Below are positions 9,923 through 24,900 of a stretch of 58,404 bases of DNA, piece after piece; the stretch's first letter is position 1, and the number at the start of each line of letters is the position of its first letter. The notes under the pieces were generated by a model, which was not told the origin of the DNA, ran no database searches, and saw only the letters and a program-made list of their open reading frames with translations. This stretch comes from Utricularia gibba (Eukaryota > Plantae > Magnoliophyta), in the NCBI GenBank assembly GCA_002189035.1, contig NEEC01000060.1, positions 1 through 58,404 of the forward strand, written 5' to 3'. Made by a program: the position numbers and the translations under genes.

Positions 9923-12900
9923 ATTTATTTTTAACAAATCCGGTGCACGTGTGATTTTTCGGCTGCATCCCGAATGGTGATGCGCAATGAAATGACTATG
10001 TCGCACATCCTGGTCCACGAAGCACCTCTTCGAAAACATGTAGAGCCTTACTCTTCATAGCACACCATTGGGAAGCTTTATTCGTGCTCCAAGTAATATC
10101 ATATGGAGTTACGTTTTTCCGATAACTGTGGACATATTAAAAACAACCTCAACGAAAAGTGTCTTCGTGTCCTTCCTTGGTGGCTGCGTCTAAGAATGTG
10201 CTTCTCGTTCTCGACATTGATGCAAATGGGATACACGGCAAAAGAATCAAATAGCCACTAGAGACATGGTGTATGGGAATGGTGCATCAAGAATCAGAAG
10301 TATCATAGCAACTAATTGAATCAATCAACAGCCAAAACATATGGTGTCAAACTTCATCGGATATGCGATCAAGATGGAAAAAAGTCACATGTTACATCAT
10401 GAATTTCGTGGCATCACTTATCCCAACACTGTTGTATACTCAGGATATGCGTAAATATTTATTTTTAACAAATCCGGTGCACGTGTGATTTTTCGGCTGC
10501 ATCCCGAATGGTGATGCGCAATGAAATGACTATGTCGCACATCCTGGTCCACGAAGCACCTCTTCGAAAACATGTAGAGCCTTACTCTTCATAGCACACC
10601 ATTGGGAAGCTTTATTCGTGCTCCAAGTAATATCATATGGAGTTACGTTTTTCCGATAACTGTGGACATATTAAAAACAACCTCAACGAAAAGTGTCTTC
10701 CGTGTCCTTCCTTGGTGGCTGCGTCTAAGAATGTGCTTCTCGTTCTCGACATTGATGCAAATGGGATACACGGCAAAAGAATCAAATAGCCACTAGAGAC
10801 ATGGTGTATGGGAATGGTGCATCAAGAATCAGAAGTATCATAGCAACTAATTGAATCAATCAACAGCCAAAACATATGGTGTCAAACTTCATCGGATATG
10901 CGATCAAGATGGAAAAAAGTCACATGTTACATCATGAATTTCGTGGCATCACTTATCCCAACACTGTTGTATACTCAGGATATGCGTAAATATTTATTTT
11001 TAACAAATCCGGTGCACGTGTGATTTTTCGGCTGCATCCCGAATGGTGATGCGCAATGAAATGACTATGTCGCACATCCTGGTCCACGAAGCACCTCTTC
11101 GAAACATGTAGAGCCTTACTCTTCATAGCACACCATTGGGAAGCTTTATTCGTGCTCAAGTAATATCATATGGAGTTACGTTTTTCCGATAACTGTGGAC
11201 ATATTAAAAAAACCTCAACGAAAAGTGTCTTCCGTGTCCTTCCTTGGTGGCTGCGTCTAAGAATGTGCTTCTCGTTCTCGACATTGATGCAAATGGGATA
11301 CACGGCAAAAGAATCAAATAGCCACTAGAGACATGGTGTATGGGAATGGTGCATCAAGAATCAGAAGTATCATAGCAACTAATTGAATCAATCAACAGCC
11401 AAAACATATGGTGTCAAACTTCATCGGATATGCGATCAAGATGGAAAAAAGTCACATGTTACATCATGAATTTCGTGGCATCACTTATCCCAACACTGTT
11501 GTATACTCAGGATATGCGTAAATATTTATTTTTAACAAATCCGGTGCACGTGTGATTTTTCGGCTGCATCCCGAATGGTGATGCGCAATGAAATGACTAT
11601 GTCGCACATCCTGGTCCACGAAGCACCTCTTCGAAAACATGTAGAGCCTTACTCTTCATAGCACACCATTGGGAAGCTTTATTCGTGCTCCAAGTAATAT
11701 CATATGGAGTTACGTTTTTCCGATAACTGTGGACATATTAAAAACAACCTCAACGAAAAGTGTCTTCCGTGTCCTTCCTTGGTGGCTGCGTCTAAGAATG
11801 TGCTTCTCGTTCTCGACATTGATGCAAATGGGATACACGGCAAAAGAATCAAATAGCCACTAGAGACATGGTGTATGGGAATGGTGCATCAAGAATCAGA
11901 AGTATCATAGCAACTAATTGAATCAATCAACAGCCAAAACATATGGTGTCAAACTTCATCGGATATGCGATCAAGATGGAAAAAAGTCACATGTTACATC
12001 ATGAATTTCGTGGCATCACTTATCCCAACACTGTTGTATACTCAGGATATGCGTAAATATTTATTTTTAACAAATCCGGTGCACGTGTGATTTTTCGGCT
12101 GCATCCCGAATGGTGATGCGCAATGAAATGACTATGTCGCACATCCTGGTCCACGAAGCACCTCTTCGAAAACATGTAGAGCCTTACTCTTCATAGCACA
12201 CCATTGGGAAGCTTTATTCGTGCTCCAAGTAATATCATATGGAGTTACGTTTTTCCGATAACTGTGGACATATTAAAAACAACCTCAACGAAAAGTGTCT
12301 TCCGTGTCCTTCCTTGGTGGCTGCGTCTAAGAATGTGCTTCTCGTTCTCGACATTGATGCAAATGGGATACACGGCAAAAGAATCAAATAGCCACTAGAG
12401 ACATGGTGTATGGGAATGGTGCATCAAGAATCAGAAGTATCATAGCAACTAATTGAATCAATCAACAGCCAAAACATATGGTGTCAAACTTCATCGGATA
12501 TGCGATCAAGATGGAAAAAAGTCACATGTTACATCATGAATTTCGTGGCATCACTTATCCCAACACTGTTGTATACTCAGGATATGCGTAAATATTTATT
12601 TTTAACAAATCCGGTGCACGTGTGATTTTTCGGCTGCATCCCGAATGGTGATGCGCAATGAAATGACTATGTCGCACATCCTGGTCCACGAAGCACCTCT
12701 TCGAAAACATGTAGAGCCTTACTCTTCATAGCACACCATTGGGAAGCTTTATTCGTGCTCCAAGTAATATCATATGGAGTTACGTTTTTCCGATAACTGT
12801 GGACATATTAAAAACAACCTCAACGAAAAGTGTCTTCCGTGTCCTTCCTTGGTGGCTGCGTCTAAGAATGTGCTTCTCGTTCTCGACATTGATGCAAATG

Positions 12901-15900
12901 GGATACACGGCAAAAGAATCAAATAGCCACTAGAGACATGGTGTATGGGAATGGTGCATCAAGAATCAGAAGTATCATAGCAACTAATTGAATCAATCAA
13001 CAGCCAAAACATATGGTGTCAAACTTCATCGGATATGCGATCAAGATGGAAAAAAGTCACATGTTACATCATGAATTTCGTGGCATCACTTATCCCAACA
13101 CTGTTGTATACTCAGGATATGCGTAAATATTTATTTTTAACAAATCCGGTGCACGTGTGATTTTTCGGCTGCATCCCGAATGGTGATGCGCAATGAAATG
13201 ACTATGTCGCACATCCTGGTCCACGAAGCACCTCTTCGAAAATGTAGAGCCTTACTCTTCATAGCACACCATTGGGAAGCTTTATTCGTGCTCCAAGTAA
13301 TATCATATGGAGTTACGTTTTTCCGATAACTGTGGACATATTAAAAACAACCTCAACGAAAAGTGTCTTCCGTGTCCTTCCTTGGTGGCTGCGTCTAAGA
13401 ATGTGCTTCTCGTTCTCGACATTGATGCAAATGGGATACACGGCAAAAGAATCAAATAGCCACTAGAGACATGGTGTATGGGAATGGTGCATCAAGAATC
13501 AGAAGTATCATAGCAACTAATTGAATCAATCAACAGCCAAAACATATGGTGTCAAACTTCATCGGATATGCGATCAAGATGGAAAAAAGTCACATGTTAC
13601 ATCATGAATTTCGTGGCATCACTTATCCCAACACTGTTGTATACTCAGGATATGCGTAAATATTTATTTTTAACAAATCCGGTGCACGTGTGATTTTTCG
13701 GCTGCATCCCGAATGGTGATGCGCAATGAAATGACTATGTCGCACATCCTGGTCCACGAAGCACCTCTTCGAAAACATGTAGAGCCTTACTCTTCATAGC
13801 ACACCATTGGGAAGCTTTATTCGTGCTCCAAGTAATATCATATGGAGTTACGTTTTTCCGATAACTGTGGACATATTAAAAACAACCTCAACGAAAAGTG
13901 TCTTCCGTGTCCTTCCTTGGTGGCTGCGTCTAAGAATGTGCTTCTCGTTCTCGACATTGATGCAAATGGGATACACGGCAAAAGAATCAAATAGCCACTA
14001 GAGACATGGTGTATGGGAATGGTGCATCAAGAATCAGAAGTATCATAGCAACTAATTGAATCAATCAACAGCCAAAACATATGGTGTCAAACTTCATCGG
14101 ATATGCGATCAAGATGGAAAAAAGTCACATGTTACATCATGAATTTCGTGGCATCACTTATCCCAACACTGTTGTATACTCAGGATATGCGTAAATATTT
14201 ATTTTTAACAAATCCGGTGCACGTGTGATTTTTCGGCTGCATCCCGAATGGTGATGCGCAATGAAATGACTATGTCGCACATCCTGGTCCACGAAGCACC
14301 TCTTCGAAAACATGTAGAGCCTTACTCTTCATAGCACACCATTGGGAAGCTTTATTCGTGCTCCAAGTAATATCATATGGAGTTACGTTTTTCCGATAAC
14401 TGTGGACATATTAAAAACAACCTCAACGAAAAGTGTCTTCCGTGTCCTTCCTTGGTGGCTGCGTCTAAGAATGTGCTTCTCGTTCTCGACATTGATGCAA
14501 ATGGGATACACGGCAAAAGAATCAAATAGCCACTAGAGACATGGTGTATGGGAATGGTGCATCAAGAATCAGAAGTATCATAGCAACTAATTGAATCAAT
14601 CAACAGCCAAAACATATGGTGTCAAACTTCATCGGATATGCGATCAAGATGGAAAAAAGTCACATGTTACATCATGAATTTCGTGGCATCACTTATCCCA
14701 ACACTGTTGTATACTCAGGATATGCGTAAATATTTATTTTTAACAAATCCGGTGCACGTGTGATTTTTCGGCTGCATCCCGAATGGTGATGCGCAATGAA
14801 ATGACTATGTCGCACATCCTGGTCCACGAAGCACCTCTTCGAAAACATGTAGAGCCTTACTCTTCATAGCACACCATTGGGAAGCTTTATTCGTGCTCAA
14901 GTAATATCATATGGAGTTACGTTTTTCCGATAACTGTGGACATATTAAAAACAACCTCAACGAAAAGTGTCTTCCGTCCTTCCTTGGTGGCTGCGTCTAA
15001 GAATGTGCTTCTCGTTCTCGACATTGATGCAAATGGGATACACGGCAAAAGAATCAAATAGCCACTAGAGACATGGTGTATGGGAATGGTGCATCAAGAA
15101 TCAGAAGTATCATAGCAACTAATTGAATCAATCAACAGCCAAAACATATGGTGTCAAACTTCATCGGATATGCGATCAAGATGGAAAAAAGTCACATGTT
15201 ACATCATGAATTTCGTGGCATCACTTATCCCAACACTGTTGTATACTCAGGATATGCGTAAATATTTATTTTTAACAAATCCGGTGCACGTGTGATTTTT
15301 CGGCTGCATCCCGAATGGTGATGCGCAATGAAATGACTATGTCGCACATCCTGGTCCACGAAGCACCTCTTCGAAAACATGTAGAGCCTTACTCTTCATA
15401 GCACACCATTGGGAAGCTTTATTCGTGCTCCAAGTAATATCATATGGAGTTACGTTTTTCCGATAACTGTGGACATATTAAAAACAACCTCAACGAAAAG
15501 TGTCTTCCGTGTCCTTCCTTGGTGGCTGCGTCTAAGAATGTGCTTCTCGTTCTCGACATTGATGCAAATGGGATACACGGCAAAAGAATCAAATAGCCAC
15601 TAGAGACATGGTGTATGGAATGGTGCATCAAGAATCAGAAGTATCATAGCAACTAATTGAATCAATCAACAGCCAAAACATATGGTGTCAAACTTCATCG
15701 GATATGCGATCAAGATGGAAAAAAGTCACATGTTACATCATGAATTTCGTGGCATCACTTATCCCAACACTGTTGTATACTCAGGATATGCGTAAATATT
15801 TATTTTTAACAAATCCGGTGCACGTGTGATTTTTCGGCTGCATCCCGAATGGTGATGCGCAATGAAATGACTATGTCGCACATCCTGGTCCACGAAGCAC

Positions 15901-18900
15901 CTCTTCGAAAACATGTAGAGCCTTACTCTTCATAGCACACCATTGGGAAGCTTTATTCGTGCTCCAAGTAATATCATATGGAGTTACGTTTTTCCGATAA
16001 CTGTGGACATATTAAAAACAACCTCAACGAAAAGTGTCTTCCGTGTCCTTCCTTGGTGGCTGCGTCTAAGAATGTGCTTCTCGTTCTCGACATTGATGCA
16101 AATGGGATACACGGCAAAAGAATCAAATAGCCACTAGAGACATGGTGTATGGGAATGGTGCATCAAGAATCAGAAGTATCATAGCAACTAATTGAATCAA
16201 TCAACAGCCAAAACATATGGTGTCAAACTTCATCGGATATGCGATCAAGATGGAAAAAAGTCACATGTTACATCATGAATTTCGTGGCATCACTTATCCC
16301 AACACTGTTGTATACTCAGGATATGCGTAAATATTTATTTTTAACAAATCCGGTGCACGTGTGATTTTTCGGCTGCATCCCGAATGGTGATGCGCAATGA
16401 AATGACTATGTCGCACATCCTGGTCCACGAAGCACCTCTTCGAAAACATGTAGAGCCTTACTCTTCATAGCACACCATTGGGAAGCTTTATTCGTGCTCC
16501 AAGTAATATCATATGGAGTTACGTTTTTCCGATAACTGTGGACATATTAAAAACAACCTCAACGAAAAGTGTCTTCCGTGTCCTTCCTTGGTGGCTGCGT
16601 CTAAGAATGTGCTTCTCGTTCTCGACATTGATGCAAATGGGATACACGGCAAAAGAATCAAATAGCCACTAGAGACATGGTGTATGGGAATGGTGCATCA
16701 AGAATCAGAAGTATCATAGCAACTAATTGAATCAATCAACAGCCAAAACATATGGTGTCAAACTTCATCGGATATGCGATCAAGATGGAAAAAAGTCACA
16801 TGTTACATCATGAATTTCGTGGCATCACTTATCCCAACACTGTTGTATACTCAGGATATGCGTAAATATTTATTTTTAACAAATCCGGTGCACGTGTGAT
16901 TTTTCGGCTGCATCCCGAATGGTGATGCGCAATGAAATGACTATGTCGCACATCCTGGTCCACGAAGCACCTCTTCGAAACATGTAGAGCCTTACTCTTC
17001 ATAGCACACCATTGGGAAGCTTTATTCGTGCTCCAAGTAATATCATATGGAGTTACGTTTTTCCGATAACTGTGGACATATTAAAAACAACCTCAACGAA
17101 AAGTGTCTTCCGTGTCCTTCCTTGGTGGCTGCGTCTAAGAATGTGCTTCTCGTTCTCGACATTGATGCAAATGGGATACACGGCAAAAGAATCAAATAGC
17201 CACTAGAGACATGGTGTATGGGAATGGTGCATCAAGAATCAGAAGTATCATAGCAACTAATTGAATCAATCAACAGCCAAAACATATGGTGTCAAACTTC
17301 ATCGGATATGCGATCAAGATGGAAAAAAGTCACATGTTACATCATGAATTTCGTGGCATCACTTATCCCAACACTGTTGTATACTCAGGATATGCGTAAA
17401 TATTTATTTTTAACAAATCCGGTGCACGTGTGATTTTTCGGCTGCATCCCGAATGGTGATGCGCAATGAAATGACTATGTCGCACATCCTGGTCCACGAA
17501 GCACCTCTTCGAAACATGTAGAGCCTTACTCTTCATAGCACACCATTGGGAAGCTTTATTCGTGCTCCAAGTAATATCATATGGAGTTACGTTTTCCGAT
17601 AACTGTGGACATATTAAAAACAACCTCAACGAAAAGTGTCTTCCGTGTCCTTCCTTGGTGGCTGCGTCTAAGAATGTGCTTCTCGTTCTCGACATTGATG
17701 CAAATGGGATACACGGCAAAAGAATCAAATAGCCACTAGAGACATGGTGTATGGGAATGGTGCATCAAGAATCAGAAGTATCATAGCAACTAATTGAATC
17801 AATCAACAGCCAAAACATATGGTGTCAAACTTCATCGGATATGCGATCAAGATGGAAAAAAGTCACATGTTACATCATGAATTTCGTGGCATCACTTATC
17901 CCAACACTGTTGTATACTCAGGATATGCGTAAATATTTATTTTAACAAATCCGGTGCACGTGTGATTTTTCGGCTGCATCCCGAATGGTGATGCGCAATG
18001 AAATGACTATGTCGCACATCCTGGTCCACGAAGCACCTCTTCGAAACATGTAGAGCCTTACTCTTCATAGCACACCATTGGGAAGCTTTATTCGTGCTCC
18101 AAGTAATATCATATGGAGTTACGTTTTCCGATAACTGTGGACATATTAAAAACAACCTCAACGAAAAGTGTCTTCCGTGTCCTTCCTTGGTGGCTGCGTC
18201 TAAGAATGTGCTTCTCGTTCTCGACATTGATGCAAATGGGATACACGGCAAAAGAATCAAATAGCCACTAGAGACATGGTGTATGGGAATGGTGCATCAA
18301 GAATCAGAAGTATCATAGCAACTAATTGAATCAATCAACAGCCAAAACATATGGTGTCAAACTTCATCGGATATGCGATCAAGATGGAAAAAAGTCACAT
18401 GTTACATCATGAATTTCGTGGCATCACTTATCCCAACACTGTTGTATACTCAGGATATGCGTAAATATTTATTTTTAACAAATCCGGTGCACGTGTGATT
18501 TTTCGGCTGCATCCCGAATGGTGATGCGCAATGAAATGACTATGTCGCACATCCTGGTCCACGAAGCACCTCTTCGAAAACATGTAGAGCCTTACTCTTC
18601 ATAGCACACCATTGGGAAGCTTTATTCGTGCTCCAAGTAATATCATATGGAGTTACGTTTTTCCGATAACTGTGGACATATTAAAAACAACCTCAACGAA
18701 AAGTGTCTTCCGTGTCCTTCCTTGGTGGCTGCGTCTAAGAATGTGCTTCTCGTTCTCGACATTGATGCAAATGGGATACACGGCAAAAGAATCAAATAGC
18801 CACTAGAGACATGGTGTATGGGAATGGTGCATCAAGAATCAGAAGTATCATAGCAACTAATTGAATCAATCAACAGCCAAAACATATGGTGTCAAACTTC

Positions 18901-21900
18901 ATCGGATATGCGATCAAGATGGAAAAAAGTCACATGTTACATCATGAATTTCGTGGCATCACTTATCCCAACACTGTTGTATACTCAGGATATGCGTAAA
19001 TATTTATTTTTAACAAATCCGGTGCACGTGTGATTTTTCGGCTGCATCCCGAATGGTGATGCGCAATGAAATGACTATGTCGCACATCCTGGTCCACGAA
19101 GCACCTCTTCGAAACATGTAGAGCCTTACTCTTCATAGCACACCATTGGGAAGCTTTATTCGTGCTCCAAGTAATATCATATGGAGTTACGTTTTTCCGA
19201 TAACTGTGGACATATTAAAAACAACCTCAACGAAAAGTGTCTTCCGTGTCCTTCCTTGGTGGCTGCGTCTAAGAATGTGCTTCTCGTTCTCGACATTGAT
19301 GCAAATGGGATACACGGCAAAAGAATCAAATAGCCACTAGAGACATGGTGTATGGGAATGGTGCATCAAGAATCAGAAGTATCATAGCAACTAATTGAAT
19401 CAATCAACAGCCAAAACATATGGTGTCAAACTTCATCGGATATGCGATCAAGATGGAAAAAAGTCACATGTTACATCATGAATTTCGTGGCATCACTTAT
19501 CCCAACACTGTTGTATACTCAGGATATGCGTAAATATTTATTTTTAACAAATCCGGTGCACGTGTGATTTTTCGGCTGCATCCCGAATGGTGATGCGCAA
19601 TGAAATGACTATGTCGCACATCCTGGTCCACGAAGCACCTCTTCGAAAACATGTAGAGCCTTACTCTTCATAGCACACCATTGGGAAGCTTTATTCGTGC
19701 TCCAAGTAATATCATATGGAGTTACGTTTTTCCGATAACTGTGGACATATTAAAAACAACCTCAACGAAAAGTGTCTTCCGTGTCCTTCCTTGGTGGCTG
19801 CGTCTAAGAATGTGCTTCTCGTTCTCGACATTGATGCAAATGGGATACACGGCAAAAGAATCAAATAGCCACTAGAGACATGGTGTATGGGAATGGTGCA
19901 TCAAGAATCAGAAGTATCATAGCAACTAATTGAATCAATCAACAGCCAAAACATATGGTGTCAAACTTCATCGGATATGCGATCAAGATGGAAAAAAGTC
20001 ACATGTTACATCATGAATTTCGTGGCATCACTTATCCCAACACTGTTGTATACTCAGGATATGCGTAAATATTTATTTTTAACAAATCCGGTGCACGTGT
20101 GATTTTTCGGCTGCATCCCGAATGGTGATGCGCAATGAAATGACTATGTCGCACATCCTGGTCCACGAAGCACCTCTTCGAAAACATGTAGAGCCTTACT
20201 CTTCATAGCACACCATTGGGAAGCTTTATTCGTGCTCCAAGTAATATCATATGGAGTTACGTTTTTCCGATAACTGTGGACATATTAAAAACAACCTCAA
20301 CGAAAAGTGTCTTCCGTGTCCTTCCTTGGTGGCTGCGTCTAAGAATGTGCTTCTCGTTCTCGACATTGATGCAAATGGGATACACGGCAAAAGAATCAAA
20401 TAGCCACTAGAGACATGGTGTATGGGAATGGTGCATCAAGAATCAGAAGTATCATAGCAACTAATTGAATCAATCAACAGCCAAAACATATGGTGTCAAA
20501 CTTCATCGGATATGCGATCAAGATGGAAAAAAGTCACATGTTACATCATGAATTTCGTGGCATCACTTATCCCAACACTGTTGTATACTCAGGATATGCG
20601 TAAATATTTATTTTTAACAAATCCGGTGCACGTGTGATTTTTCGGCTGCATCCCGAATGGTGATGCGCAATGAAATGACTATGTCGCACATCCTGGTCCA
20701 CGAAGCACCTCTTCGAAAACATGTAGAGCCTTACTCTTCATAGCACACCATTGGGAAGCTTTATTCGTGCTCCAAGTAATATCATATGGAGTTACGTTTT
20801 TCCGATAACTGTGGACATATTAAAAACAACCTCAACGAAAAGTGTCTTCCGTGTCCTTCCTTGGTGGCTGCGTCTAAGAATGTGCTTCTCGTTCTCGACA
20901 TTGATGCAAATGGGATACACGGCAAAAGAATCAAATAGCCACTAGAGACATGGTGTATGGAATGGTGCATCAAGAATCAGAAGTATCATAGCAACTAATT
21001 GAATCAATCAACAGCCAAAACATATGGTGTCAAACTTCATCGGATATGCGATCAAGATGGAAAAAAGTCACATGTTACATCATGAATTTCGTGGCATCAC
21101 TTATCCCAACACTGTTGTATACTCAGGATATGCGTAAATATTTATTTTTAACAAATCCGGTGCACGTGTGATTTTTCGGCTGCATCCCGAATGGTGATGC
21201 GCAATGAAATGACTATGTCGCACATCCTGGTCCACGAAGCACCTCTTCGAATATGTAGAGCCTTACTCTTCATAGCACACCATTGGGAAGCTTTATTCGT
21301 GCTCCAAGTAATATCATATGGAGTTACGTTTTCCGATAACTGTGGACATATTAAAAACAACCTCAACGAAAAGTGTCTTCCGTGTCCTTCCTTGGTGGCT
21401 GCGTCTAAGAATGTGCTTCTCGTTCTCGACATTGATGCAAATGGGATACACGGCAAAAGAATCAAATAGCCACTAGAGACATGGTGTATGGGAATGGTGC
21501 ATCAAGAATCAGAAGTATCATAGCAACTAATTGAATCAATCAACAGCCAAAACATATGGTGTCAAACTTCATCGGATATGCGATCAAGATGGAAAAAAGT
21601 CACATGTTACATCATGAATTTCGTGGCATCACTTATCCCAACACTGTTGTATACTCAGGATATGCGTAAATATTTATTTTTAACAAATCCGGTGCACGTG
21701 TGATTTTTCGGCTGCATCCCGAATGGTGATGCGCAATGAAATGACTATGTCGCACATCCTGGTCCACGAAGCACCTCTTCGAAAACATGTAGAGCCTTAC
21801 TCTTCATAGCACACCATTGGGAAGCTTTATTCGTGCTCCAAGTAATATCATATGGAGTTACGTTTTTCCGATAACTGTGGACATATTAAAAACAACCTCA

Positions 21901-24900
21901 ACGAAAAGTGTCTTCCGTGTCCTTCCTTGGTGGCTGCGTCTAAGAATGTGCTTCTCGTTCTCGACATTGATGCAAATGGGATACACGGCAAAAGAATCAA
22001 ATAGCCACTAGAGACATGGTGTATGGGAATGGTGCATCAAGAATCAGAAGTATCATAGCAACTAATTGAATCAATCAACAGCCAAAACATATGGTGTCAA
22101 ACTTCATCGGATATGCGATCAAGATGGAAAAAAGTCACATGTTACATCATGAATTTCGTGGCATCACTTATCCCAACACTGTTGTATACTCAGGATATGC
22201 GTAAATATTTATTTTTAACAAATCCGGTGCACGTGTGATTTTTCGGCTGCATCCCGAATGGTGATGCGCAATGAAATGACTATGTCGCACATCCTGGTCC
22301 ACGAAGCACCTCTTCGAAAACATGTAGAGCCTTACTCTTCATAGCACACCATTGGGAAGCTTTATTCGTGCTCCAAGTAATATCATATGGAGTTACGTTT
22401 TTCCGATAACTGTGGACATATTAAAAACAACCTCAACGAAAAGTGTCTTCCGTGTCCTTCCTTGGTGGCTGCGTCTAAGAATGTGCTTCTCGTTCTCGAC
22501 ATTGATGCAAATGGGATACACGGCAAAAGAATCAAATAGCCACTAGAGACATGGTGTATGGGAATGGTGCATCAAGAATCAGAAGTATCATAGCAACTAA
22601 TTGAATCAATCAACAGCCAAAACATATGGTGTCAAACTTCATCGGATATGCGATCAAGATGGAAAAAAGTCACATGTTACATCATGAATTTCGTGGCATC
22701 ACTTATCCCAACACTGTTGTATACTCAGGATATGCGTAAATATTTATTTTTAACAAATCCGGTGCACGTGTGATTTTTCGGCTGCATCCCGAATGGTGAT
22801 GCGCAATGAAATGACTATGTCGCACATCCTGGTCCACGAAGCACCTCTTCGAAAACATGTAGAGCCTTACTCTTCATAGCACACCATTGGGAAGCTTTAT
22901 TCGTGCTCCAAGTAATATCATATGGAGTTACGTTTTTCCGATAACTGTGGACATATTAAAAACAACCTCAACGAAAAGTGTCTTCCGTGTCCTTCCTTGG
23001 TGGCTGCGTCTAAGAATGTGCTTCTCGTTCTCGACATTGATGCAAATGGGATACACGGCAAAAGAATCAAATAGCCACTAGAGACATGGTGTATGGGAAT
23101 GGTGCATCAAGAATCAGAAGTATCATAGCAACTAATTGAATCAATCAACAGCCAAAACATATGGTGTCAAACTTCATCGGATATGCGATCAAGATGGAAA
23201 AAAGTCACATGTTACATCATGAATTTCGTGGCATCACTTATCCCAACACTGTTGTATACTCAGGATATGCGTAAATATTTATTTTTAACAAATCCGGTGC
23301 ACGTGTGATTTTTCGGCTGCATCCCGAATGGTGATGCGCAATGAAATGACTATGTCGCACATCCTGGTCCACGAAGCACCTCTTCGAAAACATGTAGAGC
23401 CTTACTCTTCATAGCACACCATTGGGAAGCTTTATTCGTGCTCCAAGTAATATCATATGGAGTTACGTTTTTCCGATAACTGTGGACATATTAAAAACAA
23501 CCTCAACGAAAAGTGTCTTCCGTGTCCTTCCTTGGTGGCTGCGTCTAAGAATGTGCTTCTCGTTCTCGACATTGATGCAAATGGGATACACGGCAAAAGA
23601 ATCAAATAGCCACTAGAGACATGGTGTATGGGAATGGTGCATCAAGAATCAGAAGTATCATAGCAACTAATTGAATCAATCAACAGCCAAAACATATGGT
23701 GTCAAACTTCATCGGATATGCGATCAAGATGGAAAAAAGTCACATGTTACATCATGAATTTCGTGGCATCACTTATCCCAACACTGTTGTATACTCAGGA
23801 TATGCGTAAATATTTATTTTAACAAATCCGGTGCACGTGTGATTTTTCGGCTGCATCCCGAATGGTGATGCGCAATGAAATGACTATGTCGCACATCCTG
23901 GTCCACGAAGCACCTCTTCGAAACATGTAGAGCCTTACTCTTCATAGCACACCATTGGGAAGCTTTATTCGTGCTCCAAGTAATATCATATGGAGTTACG
24001 TTTTTCCGATAACTGTGGACATATTAAAAACAACCTCAACGAAAAGTGTCTTCCGTGTCCTTCCTTGGTGGCTGCGTTAAGAATGTGCTTCTCGTTCTCG
24101 ACATTGATGCAAATGGGATACACGGCAAAAGAATCAAATAGCCACTAGAGACATGGTGTATGGGAATGGTGCATCAAGAATCAGAAGTATCATAGCAACT
24201 AATTGAATCAATCAACAGCCAAAACATATGGTGTCAAACTTCATCGGATATGCGATCAAGATGGAAAAAAGTCACATGTTACATCATGAATTTCGTGGCA
24301 TCACTTATCCCAACACTGTTGTATACTCAGGATATGCGTAAATATTTATTTTTAACAAATCCGGTGCACGTGTGATTTTTCGGCTGCATCCCGAATGGTG
24401 ATGCGCAATGAAATGACTATGTCGCACATCCTGGTCCACGAAGCACCTCTTCGAAAACATGTAGAGCCTTACTCTTCATAGCACACCATTGGGAAGCTTT
24501 ATTCGTGCTCCAAGTAATATCATATGGAGTTACGTTTTTCCGATAACTGTGGACATATTAAAAACAACCTCAACGAAAAGTGTCTTCCGTGTCCTTCCTT
24601 GGTGGCTGCGTTAAGAATGTGCTTCTCGTTCTCGACATTGATGCAAATGGGATACACGGCAAAAGAATCAAATAGCCACTAGAGACATGGTGTATGGGAA
24701 TGGTGCATCAAGAATCAGAAGTATCATAGCAACTAATTGAATCAATCAACAGCCAAAACATATGGTGTCAAACTTCATCGGATATGCGATCAAGATGGAA
24801 AAAAGTCACATGTTACATCATGAATTTCGTGGCATCACTTATCCCAACACTGTTGTATACTCAGGATATGCGTAAATATTTATTTTTAACAAATCCGGTG

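Larger units (their letters stand above)
9855..9970 (-). pseudogene. Degenerate 5S rRNA-like segment, C-type copy (repeated in every C monomer)
   Basis: The minus strand has GGATGC + 17 nt + TGCACCGGAT, the same words and spacing as plant 5S nt 1-33. Then come TTACGC (5S TTAAGC), GGATAAGTGA (5S GGATGGGTGA) and ...TGTAACAT ending at position 116 as in 5S. About 55% identity by hand. Confidence 0.7.
9525..10059. repeat. Representative monomer C (535 bp)
   Basis: Runs from GCACACCATTGGG at 9525 to the next at 10060; length counted by hand. Confidence 0.96.

Noticed and set aside
9855-9970. Functional 5S rRNA gene array
   Set aside because: Identity to 5S is only ~55-60%, GC is ~38%, box C guanines are lost and helix I is disrupted; real 5S genes are highly conserved.
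9525-10059. 535 bp is about 3 x 178 bp, suggesting a trimer of nucleosome-length subrepeats
   Set aside because: No internal similarity at ~178-bp offsets was found by eye; only scattered 7-9-mers repeat (GGATATGCG, GAATGGTG, AAGAATCA) at unrelated spacings.
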